Assembly (NCBI GenBank): GCA_903928915.1
Contig: CAIYSL010000068.1
Span: 159,274-223,273, forward strand
Direction: 5' to 3'
Length of the DNA stretch: 64,000 bases
Origin: an uncultured Syntrophobacterales bacterium
GTDB lineage: Bacteria > Desulfobacterota > Syntrophia > Syntrophales > UBA5619
Translations under genes and position numbers: made by a program
Notes under the pieces: generated by a model
Told to the model about the DNA's origin: nothing
The model's input: the letters and a program-made list of their open reading frames with translations, nothing else
The model's database searches: none
Shown: in pieces, positions 36,799 to 44,526 of the stretch
Layout: the number at the start of each line of letters is the position of its first letter
Numbering within the stretch: the first letter of the stretch is position 1

Positions 36799-36929
36799 CG
36801 ACTCCCGGAGCCGAATCCTCTTGACCGGACACAAGGTCCGGGAGTCCACCCGGGAACGGGGGGGCCTGCCACGGCGCTTCCCGTTTCTCCCTCGGGAACC
36901 ACATTCCGCTTTCCCCTCCGAAAAGAAAT

Positions 36930-36957
36930 TAAAGCAAACCCCCCTGCCTGCCGATAA
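36930..36957 (+). promoter_or_regulatory. sigma28 promoter of fliC
   Basis: TAAA-N16-GCCGATAA, consensus boxes. Confidence 0.92.
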
Positions 36958-37038
36958 TGTGTTCAAAGGCCGGAACGATCCAATACGCGGGGGAAGGAGG
37001 GGATGAGCAAAACGGGCCGCACCGGGGATCACGGGCCG

Positions 37039-37056
37039 GCGGGCAGGGAAGCCCGC
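37039..37056 (+). promoter_or_regulatory. Candidate CsrA-binding hairpin in the fliC 5' leader
   Basis: GCGGGC-AGGGAA-GCCCGC: 6-bp stem with GGA in the loop. Further GGA motifs occur in the leader and in the SD (AAGGAGGA). Confidence 0.65.
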
Positions 37057-37115
37057 ATGCTGTTCGCCGAATGACCGGCGACACTCACACACAAAATCAA
37101 GGAGGATGACATACC

Positions 37116-38222
37116 ATGGGATTAAGAATTCAGAACAACATCGCGGCAATGAACGCTCATCGGAACCTGACGATCGCGGACGGCGGGATGAGCAAATCAC
37201 TGGAAAGACTCTCTTCGGGTTACCGGATCAACAAGGCGTCGGATGACGCGGCGGGCCTGGCCGTTTCTTCGGGAATGCGGGCCGACATCGCCAGCTATAA
37301 GGTGGCGTCGCGGAACACCTCCGAAGCCATCGCCCTGCTGCAGGTGGCCGAAGGCGCCTACGACCAGATCAGCAATATCCTGACCCGGTTGAAGGAACTG
37401 ACGACCCAGGGCACCTCGGCGAACGCCTCGGGAAACACGGCCGACATCAGCAACGAAGTCACGGCCCTCAAGGCCGAACTCGACCGGATCGCCAACGCCA
37501 CGGAGTACAGCGGCCAGACCGTTCTGCGCGGCTATGGCTCCGCGGTGCAGGCCTATGGCGCCGGCATCGACTCCACTGCCGAGCGGGATGCGATGGGTCT
37601 GACGAGCATCTCGGCAAGCGGCGTGACCGACAACGTCACCTACACGATCACCGCCACCTCCTTGAACGTGATCACGGTTACCAACGGCACTACGAGTGCT
37701 ACCGAGTCCAAGACGCTCACCGGCGACGGCGCCCAGACGATCAATTTCCAGTCCATGGGGATCACCCTGAACATGGGGTCGCTCTTCGTCAGGACGGCGG
37801 TCGCCCTGAACGGCCAGACCCTGGTGTTCACCGTGGCCGGCGGGAATTTCGTCACCGGCATCAAGAATGACGCGAACCACTACATTAACGTCGGGATCGA
37901 CAAGGTCTCCTCGGCGGATCTGTCCCTCACGGGCGTGACCGGGACGGTGTTGGCCGACCTCGACACGATCAACACCGCCATCGAGACGCTGGCAGGCAGC
38001 CGCGCCGAGATCGGCGCCGCCATGAACCGCCTCGGGTACGCCGCGGCGAACCTGGCCTCGTCGATCGAGAACGTGCAGGCGGCCGAGTCGGTCATCCGCG
38101 ACGTGGATATGGCGGCGGAAATGACCACCTTCACCAAGAACCAGATCCTGCTCCAGGCGGGTACGGCCATGCTGGCTCAGGCGAATATGGCTCCGCAGGG
38201 CGTCCTGTCGCTCCTCAAATAA
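37116..38222 (+). CDS. fliC: Flagellin
   Basis: LRIQNNIAAMNAHRNL, LERLSSGYRINKASDDAAGLA, AAESVIRDVDMAAEM, LAQAN..PQ.VLSLLK; Thr/Ser-rich centre. Confidence 0.98.
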   Translation: MGLRIQNNIAAMNAHRNLTIADGGMSKSLERLSSGYRINKASDDAAGLAVSSGMRADIASYKVASRNTSEAIALLQVAEGAYDQISNILTRLKELTTQGTSANASGNTADISNEVTALKAELDRIANATEYSGQTVLRGYGSAVQAYGAGIDSTAERDAMGLTSISASGVTDNVTYTITATSLNVITVTNGTTSATESKTLTGDGAQTINFQSMGITLNMGSLFVRTAVALNGQTLVFTVAGGNFVTGIKNDANHYINVGIDKVSSADLSLTGVTGTVLADLDTINTAIETLAGSRAEIGAAMNRLGYAAANLASSIENVQAAESVIRDVDMAAEMTTFTKNQILLQAGTAMLAQANMAPQGVLSLLK

Positions 38223-38254
38223 CCCCTCCCCGGCCCGAGGCCGGAGAGCAACCG

Positions 38255-38293
38255 AACCCCCGTTCCCGGATCCCCGGGAACGGGGGTTTTTTT
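38255..38293 (+). terminator. Intrinsic terminator of fliC
   Basis: 15-bp perfect stem AACCCCCGTTCCCGG/CCGGGAACGGGGGTT, 4-nt loop, followed by a T run. Confidence 0.92.
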
Positions 38294-38340
38294 ACCCGCG
38301 GTCCGGCCCGAACGGCAGGATCCGCGGCGGTTGGACGGGT

Positions 38341-38356
38341 TGGCCGACATTTTGCT
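38341..38356 (+). promoter_or_regulatory. Candidate sigma54 promoter of fliD
   Basis: TGGCCG-ACATT-TTGCT (GG-N10-GC). Confidence 0.55.
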
Positions 38357-38383
38357 CATCCTACTGGCAGACGGGCTGATTGC

Positions 38384-38411
38384 TCAAGTTCCGGGTATTT
38401 TTTTCCGATAG
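38384..38411 (+). promoter_or_regulatory. Candidate sigma28 promoter of fliD
   Basis: TCAA(GTT)-N16-TCCGATAG, same spacing as the flgM and fliC promoters. Confidence 0.65.
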
Positions 38412-38469
38412 GGAATATGAGCCGCGGAATTTTTTGCCGGGCCGTGTCGATCGATGGGGCGGAGGAGAG

Positions 38470-41400
38470 ATGGCGACAAGCACGAATCAGGTCTCCGGAC
38501 TGTCCAGCGGGTTTGACTGGCGGACGATGGTGGATCAGTTGATGGCGGTCGAGCACCGCCGGGTCGACCTCGTCACCTCGCGGAAGACGGCCTCGGAAAA
38601 GAAGCTCGCCGAGTGGCAGTCCTTCAACACCAAGCTCCTGGCGCTGAAAACGGCTGCGGGCACGTTGAAGGATGCCGTCGATTTCGGGCTGTTCAAGTCG
38701 ACCATGACCAGCGACAGCGCCACGGTCGAGGCGGCCGATCTGCTGTCCGTCGCCACCTCGACGTCCGCCTCGATCGGCTCGTACACGCTGACCGTTGACT
38801 CCCTCGCCGCCGCGCAGAAGGTATCATCCGGCTCCTTTGCCGATCTGACCACTGCGCTCGGCGCCGGGTATGCAGGCGATATGCTGATCAACGGCACCGT
38901 GGTCACCGTTGCGGCGACGGACACCCTCGCCAGCGTGCGGGACAAGATCAACAACGCCAACTCGGGCGGCACTCCCACGGGGGTGACCGCCAGCACTGTC
39001 AGCTACGGCGCGGGCGACTACCGGCTGATCCTCACCAGCGACGCGACCGGAAGCAGCGGCATCGGCCTGCTCAACGGCGGGGCGTCGGACATCCTCAATG
39101 CCTTCGGGTTCACCGATACCGGCCGGACCGCGAAGAACCATCTCGCCGGCGGGGACCGGACGGACCGGTTTACGAGCACCAGCATGTCGATCAAGTCGCT
39201 GCTCGCTCTGACGACCGCCCAGACCTCGGCGGGAGGGGAGATCGTCATCAACGGCCAGGCCGTCGGCGCGATAGATCTCAACACGGACACCCTGAGTACC
39301 CTGCAGACCAAGCTTGGCGCCGCCGGACTGAGCGCTTCGATAACGACGGAGACGGAGAACAACCAGACCTACTACCGGCTGATGGTGTCCGGGGCCGCAA
39401 ACACCTATACCGATAAGAGCAACATCCTCGAGACGCTCGGCCTGATTAAGGCCGGCGTATCGGATGTGTCGGGAGTGGCCGGCGACGTCGCCAACACCGC
39501 CGGCGGGACGGTCATCACCGCGGCCACGCTGCTCAAGGACATCGACGGGTACACAGGGTATGCGGCAGGCGATTACATCCACCTCGAGGGAACGGATACG
39601 GACTCTGCCCCCGTATCCGACGACACCCTGATTCTGTCCGACACAACCACGGTCGGGGATCTCCTGGCCAAGCTGGAGTCGGCGTATGGCGATGTGACCG
39701 CCTCCGTCACCGGCGAGGGAAAACTGACGGTCATCGACAACACCACCGGCGTAAGCCCGCTCGCAGTGACGATCGGTGTGAAGAATGCCGGCGGGACGGA
39801 CGACGCGACCCTCAAGTTCGATGCAAACGGCATCCTGGCCAGTACGACGCGGAAGAGGCAGATCGTGGCCGGGGCCGATGCGTCCGTGACTGTGGACGGC
39901 GTAACCGTGACGCGCTCCACCAATTCCATCGACGACATCATCGACGGCGTCACCCTCGACCTCCGCAAAGCCGATCCGGCGACTACGGTGACCCTCACGA
40001 TCGGCAGGGATGTCGATGCGGTCATGGGAAAGGTCGACGCTTTCGTAGCGAGCTACAACAGCGTCGCCTCCTACATCAAGACCCAGACGACCTATGACGC
40101 GACGAAGCAGAAGGGGGGGGGCGTTCTGTTCGGGGATGCGACGCTCCTGTCCGTGAAATCGCAGCTCACTTCCACGCTGCTCCAGACCGTCTGGGGGGTG
40201 TCCGCCGACTACTCCACGCTCGGGCTCGTCGGGGTCAGCGTGGATAAGGAAGGTCAGCTCTCCGTCGACGGCGACACGCTGCGCGGTTACCTGGCCACCA
40301 ACTTCAACGACGTGCAGAAGCTGTTCACCGCCAACGGCGTTACCGATACGAGCACCCTGGAGTACATCGGCCACGGCACCGACACGAGTGAGGATCAGTA
40401 CACCGTCCATATCGATACTGCCGCCACGCAGAGCGCTTCGGCCGCGTCGGATAATACGGGCCTGGGCGGAGATGAGACGCTGACCATCACCGCGGGGAGC
40501 AGCCAGGCCGCGGTCAGCCTCACCAGTTCGATGACGATGGCCCAGATCGTCAACGCGATAAACAGCGAGATGGCGACGGTGCATACGCAGACCCTGGTCG
40601 GCGCCGAGCAACTGTACGCCGACGGCCTGCAGGCCGCGAAGATCACCGCGGAGACGACCTGGAACAGCGTTTACAACAGCACCGGGCAGTCCGCCGGGCT
40701 GCTCAACGGAGACGTGATCTCCTTCTCCGGGACCTCGCGGACCGGAGCTGCAGTCAGCGGATCGTACGCCGTCTCCGATACGGCAACCGGTACGGTCCAG
40801 GGTCTGCTTACCGCCGTTGCGGACGCCTTCGGCGGGCAGGTTACGGCGGCGATCGATGCCTCGGGACGCATCGTCGTGACCGACAAGACCGCCGGGGGCA
40901 GCAGCGTCGCGGTCTCCTTCGACTATGCGGATGCCCACGACCTGGATTTCGGGTCGGTCCTGACGACAAACCCCGCCGGACAAAAAGGGCGCTACGCCAT
41001 GGACATCTCGGCGTCGGCCGACGCGGGGAACCATCTGGTCCTCACCCATGACAGTTACGGGACAGGCCACAGCTTCACCATTCACCAGCAGAACAACCTG
41101 CTGTGGACTGGCGGCGACCAGACCGTCGACAACGGCGTCGACGTGGCGGGAACGATCGGCGGGGAGGCGGCCACGGGCGCGGGACAGGTGCTGACGGGAA
41201 ACGACGGCGAGGCGAACGTCGACGGCCTCGTGGTGAGATACACGGGAACGGCAACCGGAGACGTGGGAAGCGTTACCCTCACCCTGGGAGTGGCGGAACT
41301 GTTCGACCGGACGCTATTCGGGATTACCGATACCTACGATGGCTACGTGGCCTTCAAACAGGAATCACTCCAGGATCAAGTGAGCGATCTCGCCGATCAG

Positions 41401-41544
41401 ATCGAGGAGATGGAGGCGCGTCTCGACCGGCAGCAGGAGCAGATGATCAATCGGTTCATCGCCATGGAACTGACGTTGAGCCAGCTGCAAAACCAGAGCA
41501 ACTGGCTTGCCGGTCAGATCACGGGGCTGTTCGGCACGACGTAG
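38470..41544 (+). CDS. fliD: Flagellar filament cap protein FliD (1024 aa, unusually large)
   Basis: VSGLSSGFDW..MVDQLM, TVDGVTVTRSTNSIDDIIDGVTLDL, RFIAMELTLSQLQNQSNWL; GGAGG RBS before ATG 38470. Confidence 0.95.
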   Translation: MATSTNQVSGLSSGFDWRTMVDQLMAVEHRRVDLVTSRKTASEKKLAEWQSFNTKLLALKTAAGTLKDAVDFGLFKSTMTSDSATVEAADLLSVATSTSASIGSYTLTVDSLAAAQKVSSGSFADLTTALGAGYAGDMLINGTVVTVAATDTLASVRDKINNANSGGTPTGVTASTVSYGAGDYRLILTSDATGSSGIGLLNGGASDILNAFGFTDTGRTAKNHLAGGDRTDRFTSTSMSIKSLLALTTAQTSAGGEIVINGQAVGAIDLNTDTLSTLQTKLGAAGLSASITTETENNQTYYRLMVSGAANTYTDKSNILETLGLIKAGVSDVSGVAGDVANTAGGTVITAATLLKDIDGYTGYAAGDYIHLEGTDTDSAPVSDDTLILSDTTTVGDLLAKLESAYGDVTASVTGEGKLTVIDNTTGVSPLAVTIGVKNAGGTDDATLKFDANGILASTTRKRQIVAGADASVTVDGVTVTRSTNSIDDIIDGVTLDLRKADPATTVTLTIGRDVDAVMGKVDAFVASYNSVASYIKTQTTYDATKQKGGGVLFGDATLLSVKSQLTSTLLQTVWGVSADYSTLGLVGVSVDKEGQLSVDGDTLRGYLATNFNDVQKLFTANGVTDTSTLEYIGHGTDTSEDQYTVHIDTAATQSASAASDNTGLGGDETLTITAGSSQAAVSLTSSMTMAQIVNAINSEMATVHTQTLVGAEQLYADGLQAAKITAETTWNSVYNSTGQSAGLLNGDVISFSGTSRTGAAVSGSYAVSDTATGTVQGLLTAVADAFGGQVTAAIDASGRIVVTDKTAGGSSVAVSFDYADAHDLDFGSVLTTNPAGQKGRYAMDISASADAGNHLVLTHDSYGTGHSFTIHQQNNLLWTGGDQTVDNGVDVAGTIGGEAATGAGQVLTGNDGEANVDGLVVRYTGTATGDVGSVTLTLGVAELFDRTLFGITDTYDGYVAFKQESLQDQVSDLADQIEEMEARLDRQQEQMINRFIAMELTLSQLQNQSNWLAGQITGLFGTT

Positions 41545-41678
41545 CCGGCGGCGCGGCGCGGGGGAGCGGAGATGCATCCCGCGCACGGCCGGGGCGAGAA
41601 ACGGGAAAAGGGACCGGGCCGCCGCGGCGGCGTGCGGTCGGAAAAGACGGCGAATCAGAGAAAGGGCGGGTGACATTC

Positions 41679-42131
41679 ATGTATCAGAAGGCGGCGACGA
41701 CCTACAAACAGACGAACCTCTTGACGGCGAACCCGGTGAAATTGGTTATCATGTGCTACGACGGAGCGATCGGTTACCTGAAGGATGCGCGGGATTTCTA
41801 TCGGGGCCGGAATTATGAGGCCAAAGCCAAGGCGCTGCAACGGGCAGTCGACATCATCCACGAGATGAACATTTCCCTCGACCTGGATAAAGGGGGTGAC
41901 ATCGCGAGGAACCTGCGCTCCCTGTATCTCTACATGATACAGATACTGACCGAGGCCGACCTCAAGAAGGATGTCGCCAAATTCGACGACGTCATCCGGA
42001 TGCTGGAAGAACTGGGTGACGGATGGAAGGAGATCGCCTGCGCGGCCGTCGTGGAGACCGAGACCGCGGCCTACGCGATACCGGCCCCCGGCATCAGCGC
42101 GGCTGCGGCGGTCCAGGCATGGAGCGCATAG
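41679..42131 (+). CDS. fliS: Flagellin chaperone FliS
   Basis: TANPVKLVIMCYDGAI, SLDLDKGGDIARNLRSLYLYM, LEELGDGW. Confidence 0.95.
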   Translation: MYQKAATTYKQTNLLTANPVKLVIMCYDGAIGYLKDARDFYRGRNYEAKAKALQRAVDIIHEMNISLDLDKGGDIARNLRSLYLYMIQILTEADLKKDVAKFDDVIRMLEELGDGWKEIACAAVVETETAAYAIPAPGISAAAAVQAWSA

Positions 42132-42175
42132 TAGAGCCGACGATGAAGGAGGGCGATCACCGGAGGGATGCCGCG

Positions 42176-42613
42176 ATGAGCCGTCACCGGGAAGAGATAT
42201 CCGCCATGCTGGCGCGGAAACTGCGGGCCTTCGAGGAATTCCGGTCGCTTACCGGACAGCTTCGGGCCGCCCTGGAAAGCGATGAGACGGAAACGGTGAG
42301 CCGGTGCGTCGAACGGCGCGAAGCGCTGATGCGGGATGTCGAAGGGCTGGATCGGCGCATCGCGCGCCAGCGACGTTCTGCCCCGGCGGATGAATGCGCG
42401 GCTATCAACCGAGTCGTGGAGGAGGCGTCCGGCGAACTGGGTGAGAAGCTCGAACTGATCGTTGCAGCCGACCGAGACTGCGCCGCTCTGGCGGCGCAGA
42501 GACAGGCGGCGTTCAGGAATGAACTTGCGGCCATCCGCAAGCAACGAGTGGGGCTCCACGGGTATGCCCAACGGGCGCCCGGGACGCCGAAGTTTCTCAA
42601 CGTGCAGACATGA
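42176..42613 (+). CDS. FliT/FlgN-like helical chaperone
   Basis: All-helical protein after fliS, ending in a GYA...PKFLN motif. Start uncertain (42143 or 42176). Confidence 0.55.
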   Translation: MSRHREEISAMLARKLRAFEEFRSLTGQLRAALESDETETVSRCVERREALMRDVEGLDRRIARQRRSAPADECAAINRVVEEASGELGEKLELIVAADRDCAALAAQRQAAFRNELAAIRKQRVGLHGYAQRAPGTPKFLNVQT

Positions 42614-42674
42614 ACGGATGAGGTGGTCGGACCTTCCCGGCGGTAAGCCGCGGTGCATGCCGTCGCAAGCGGAT

Positions 42675-42701
42675 TCAAGTTTTCCCGGGACATGCCGAAT
42701 A
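42675..42701 (+). promoter_or_regulatory. Candidate sigma28 promoter of flaG
   Basis: TCAA(GTTT)-N15-GCCGAATA. Confidence 0.65.
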
Positions 42702-42754
42702 TAACAGTAAAGGGGCTGGGGGAGGAAAGGGACTGCGGGAGGGGGTGAAAAACA

Positions 42755-43111
42755 GTGAACATCAGTGCCGTGGACATGAACAGCTCAGTGACCGGCCAAG
42801 CCGCCGGTCAGGCGACGCCGCGGGTACAGGTCGAGAGCGTCAGCGCACCGCACCAATCGCCGCCGGTCGCGGATTTCGAGACCGCCCGGGAAGATGTGCG
42901 GAAGGTTGTCGAGAAGATGCAGGAACAGTTCGACAGCATGAACGTCTCTCTCCAGTATTCCACGTACGGAGATCATGGCGAAAAGATAGCCATTGCCGTC
43001 GTGAACAAAGAAACCGGTGAACTGATCCGGGAAATTCCCTCGAAGGAGCTCCAGGCGCTGTACGCCAAGATGAGCGAGTTGGCCGGGATGATCTTCAACC
43101 GGGAGATTTGA
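42755..43111 (+). CDS. flaG: Flagellar protein FlaG
   Basis: VVNKETGELIREIPSKE...GMIFNRE. Confidence 0.92.
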   Translation: MNISAVDMNSSVTGQAAGQATPRVQVESVSAPHQSPPVADFETAREDVRKVVEKMQEQFDSMNVSLQYSTYGDHGEKIAIAVVNKETGELIREIPSKELQALYAKMSELAGMIFNREI

Positions 43112-43127
43112 AAAGCAACGCGAAGGT

Positions 43128-43895
43128 TCAGGACGTCTTTCCCGTGTCAACCGGTCTGATCGGTTCGGGAGACAGGTGTTTCTGGATATGCGCCAGGAGG
43201 GTTTTCCCCTCCGCAAACTCGGGGTTGATGTCCAAACCGGAACGGATCGCCTCCTCAGCGGATGTCCATTCCATCCGTTCCACGTGCACGCGGGCCAGAT
43301 TGTAGAAGATCCCTTCATCCTGCTGGTACACGACGAGGGCCTTCTTGTACTCCTGGAGGGCCCGTTCGCTGTCCTTGTTGCGGCGATAGGTAATCCCCTC
43401 GGTGTTGTAGAAATCGATCAACGGGGAGATGATCTCGTCGTCCTCCCCGATCAGCTCCCTGGCCAGGGCGTGATCGCCGATGCTGATCAGCATCTTGATC
43501 TTCTCCAGCTTTTCCTGGAGGGTGGCGAACTGCTTGGCCCGCATCTCCTCTTCGGTTTCGGTCTCGGCGAGGCTCTGGTTGATCTCTTCTTCCTTGATCA
43601 GGATCAGCTGGTTCATGAAATCCAGCGCCGTATCTATGTCGTTGTCGCGAAAGGTTACCGGGCCGTACACGTCCCGGAACGTCTTGCTGGTGGCGAGCTG
43701 TTCCTGGAATTCGTTGATGATCTTGTTCAGCTCCTTCTCATCGGTCGGGATCATCCGGGTGACCTTCATTTTTTTCAGGCTTTCGCGAAAACTGATCAGG
43801 CAGGAAAAGATATTCCCCTTCTGAAGGTGCCGCCGGCATTCGTCCAGCCGCTTGAAAATGACGGCCGTATCTTCGCGTCTGATGACCTCTGACAT
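43128..43895 (-). CDS. TPR-repeat protein
   Basis: YNTEGITYRR...ALQEYKKAL...DEGIFYNLARV...GLDINPEF; ATG 43895 preferred. Confidence 0.85.
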   Translation of the reverse strand: MSEVIRREDTAVIFKRLDECRRHLQKGNIFSCLISFRESLKKMKVTRMIPTDEKELNKIINEFQEQLATSKTFRDVYGPVTFRDNDIDTALDFMNQLILIKEEEINQSLAETETEEEMRAKQFATLQEKLEKIKMLISIGDHALARELIGEDDEIISPLIDFYNTEGITYRRNKDSERALQEYKKALVVYQQDEGIFYNLARVHVERMEWTSAEEAIRSGLDINPEFAEGKTLLAHIQKHLSPEPIRPVDTGKTS

Positions 43896-44027
43896 AGTTC
43901 CCCTGCTTCCTCGCGGGAGTGGCAACGACATCCTGTTCCGCTTGGTTACATGCAAACGGCGTGACAAAACTTTATGCAGGACCATTTTTTCTCGCGGGCA
44001 GCGGGGATTATTTTTTTCCCCGAGGCC

Positions 44028-44055
44028 TAAAGTATTCGCGCCGCCCTGCCGATAG
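44028..44055 (+). promoter_or_regulatory. sigma28 promoter of the 44100 small gene
   Basis: TAAA(GTAT)-N16-GCCGATAG. Confidence 0.8.
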
Positions 44056-44099
44056 TGTGTTTAACGGTACGTGTAAGCGGAGTTTGCGGGGAGGATCCA

Positions 44100-44312
44100 G
44101 TGACCATTTCATCCTATCAAGTCGACAGCATCATAAAGGCGTACAACAAACAAAGCCGCTTGAAGATGAAGCAGTCTATTCCTTTCGGTAATCAGGCTGA
44201 TAAATACACCGATGTGGTGACGCTGTCGGTCGGGAGGGCGCCCGACGAGGCAGCGTACAAGGCAATTTCCTACAATCTTCTTGATGTCATCCTGAATGCG
44301 AAGGAACGCTGA
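44100..44312 (+). CDS. Small sigma28-controlled protein (70 aa), resembling the deltaproteobacterial FlgM-associated DVU0524-like family
   Basis: GTG start after GGAGGA; N-terminus ISSYQVDSIIKAYNKQ and a FlgM-like D.VTLS motif. Family call is from recall, not a search. Confidence 0.6.
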   Translation: MTISSYQVDSIIKAYNKQSRLKMKQSIPFGNQADKYTDVVTLSVGRAPDEAAYKAISYNLLDVILNAKER

Positions 44313-44526
44313 TGCCGGTTTCTGTCAGCGATCGTTTGCGGCTACGGGGTTGTGCGGCTGCGGGGTTGCGGGATACCCCGCAGATACCGCGCAAACGCGC
44401 ACGCCGGCAGGGAAGCGGACGGGTCGGACGTGCCGGGGTACCAATCGGTGCCGGCGGCACGACAGTCTCGGCAACCGGAAAATTCAGTGGTCTCGCACCG
44501 GGGGCGACGGGTACGGAGAGTAAGTG

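Noticed and set aside
36800-36846. 10-bp inverted repeat GACTCCCGGA/TCCGGGAGTC after the SPASM gene as a mobile-element end
   Set aside because: Single copy, no transposase, no target duplication; more likely an mRNA 3' structure.
523-40121. G8-G9 runs in fliK (523-530), flgK (7556-7563), flgL (9088-9096), pseB (14658-14665), the SPASM rSAM (35994-36001) and fliD (40113-40121) as phase-variation tracts
   Set aside because: All are in frame and arise from consecutive GGG glycine codons. G7 runs are common throughout the window, so there is no evidence of contingency loci without read data.
43951-43966. Minus-strand TGTCAC-GCCGT-TTGCA upstream of the TPR gene as a sigma54 promoter
   Set aside because: The invariant -24 GG is GT; plausible but not supportable.
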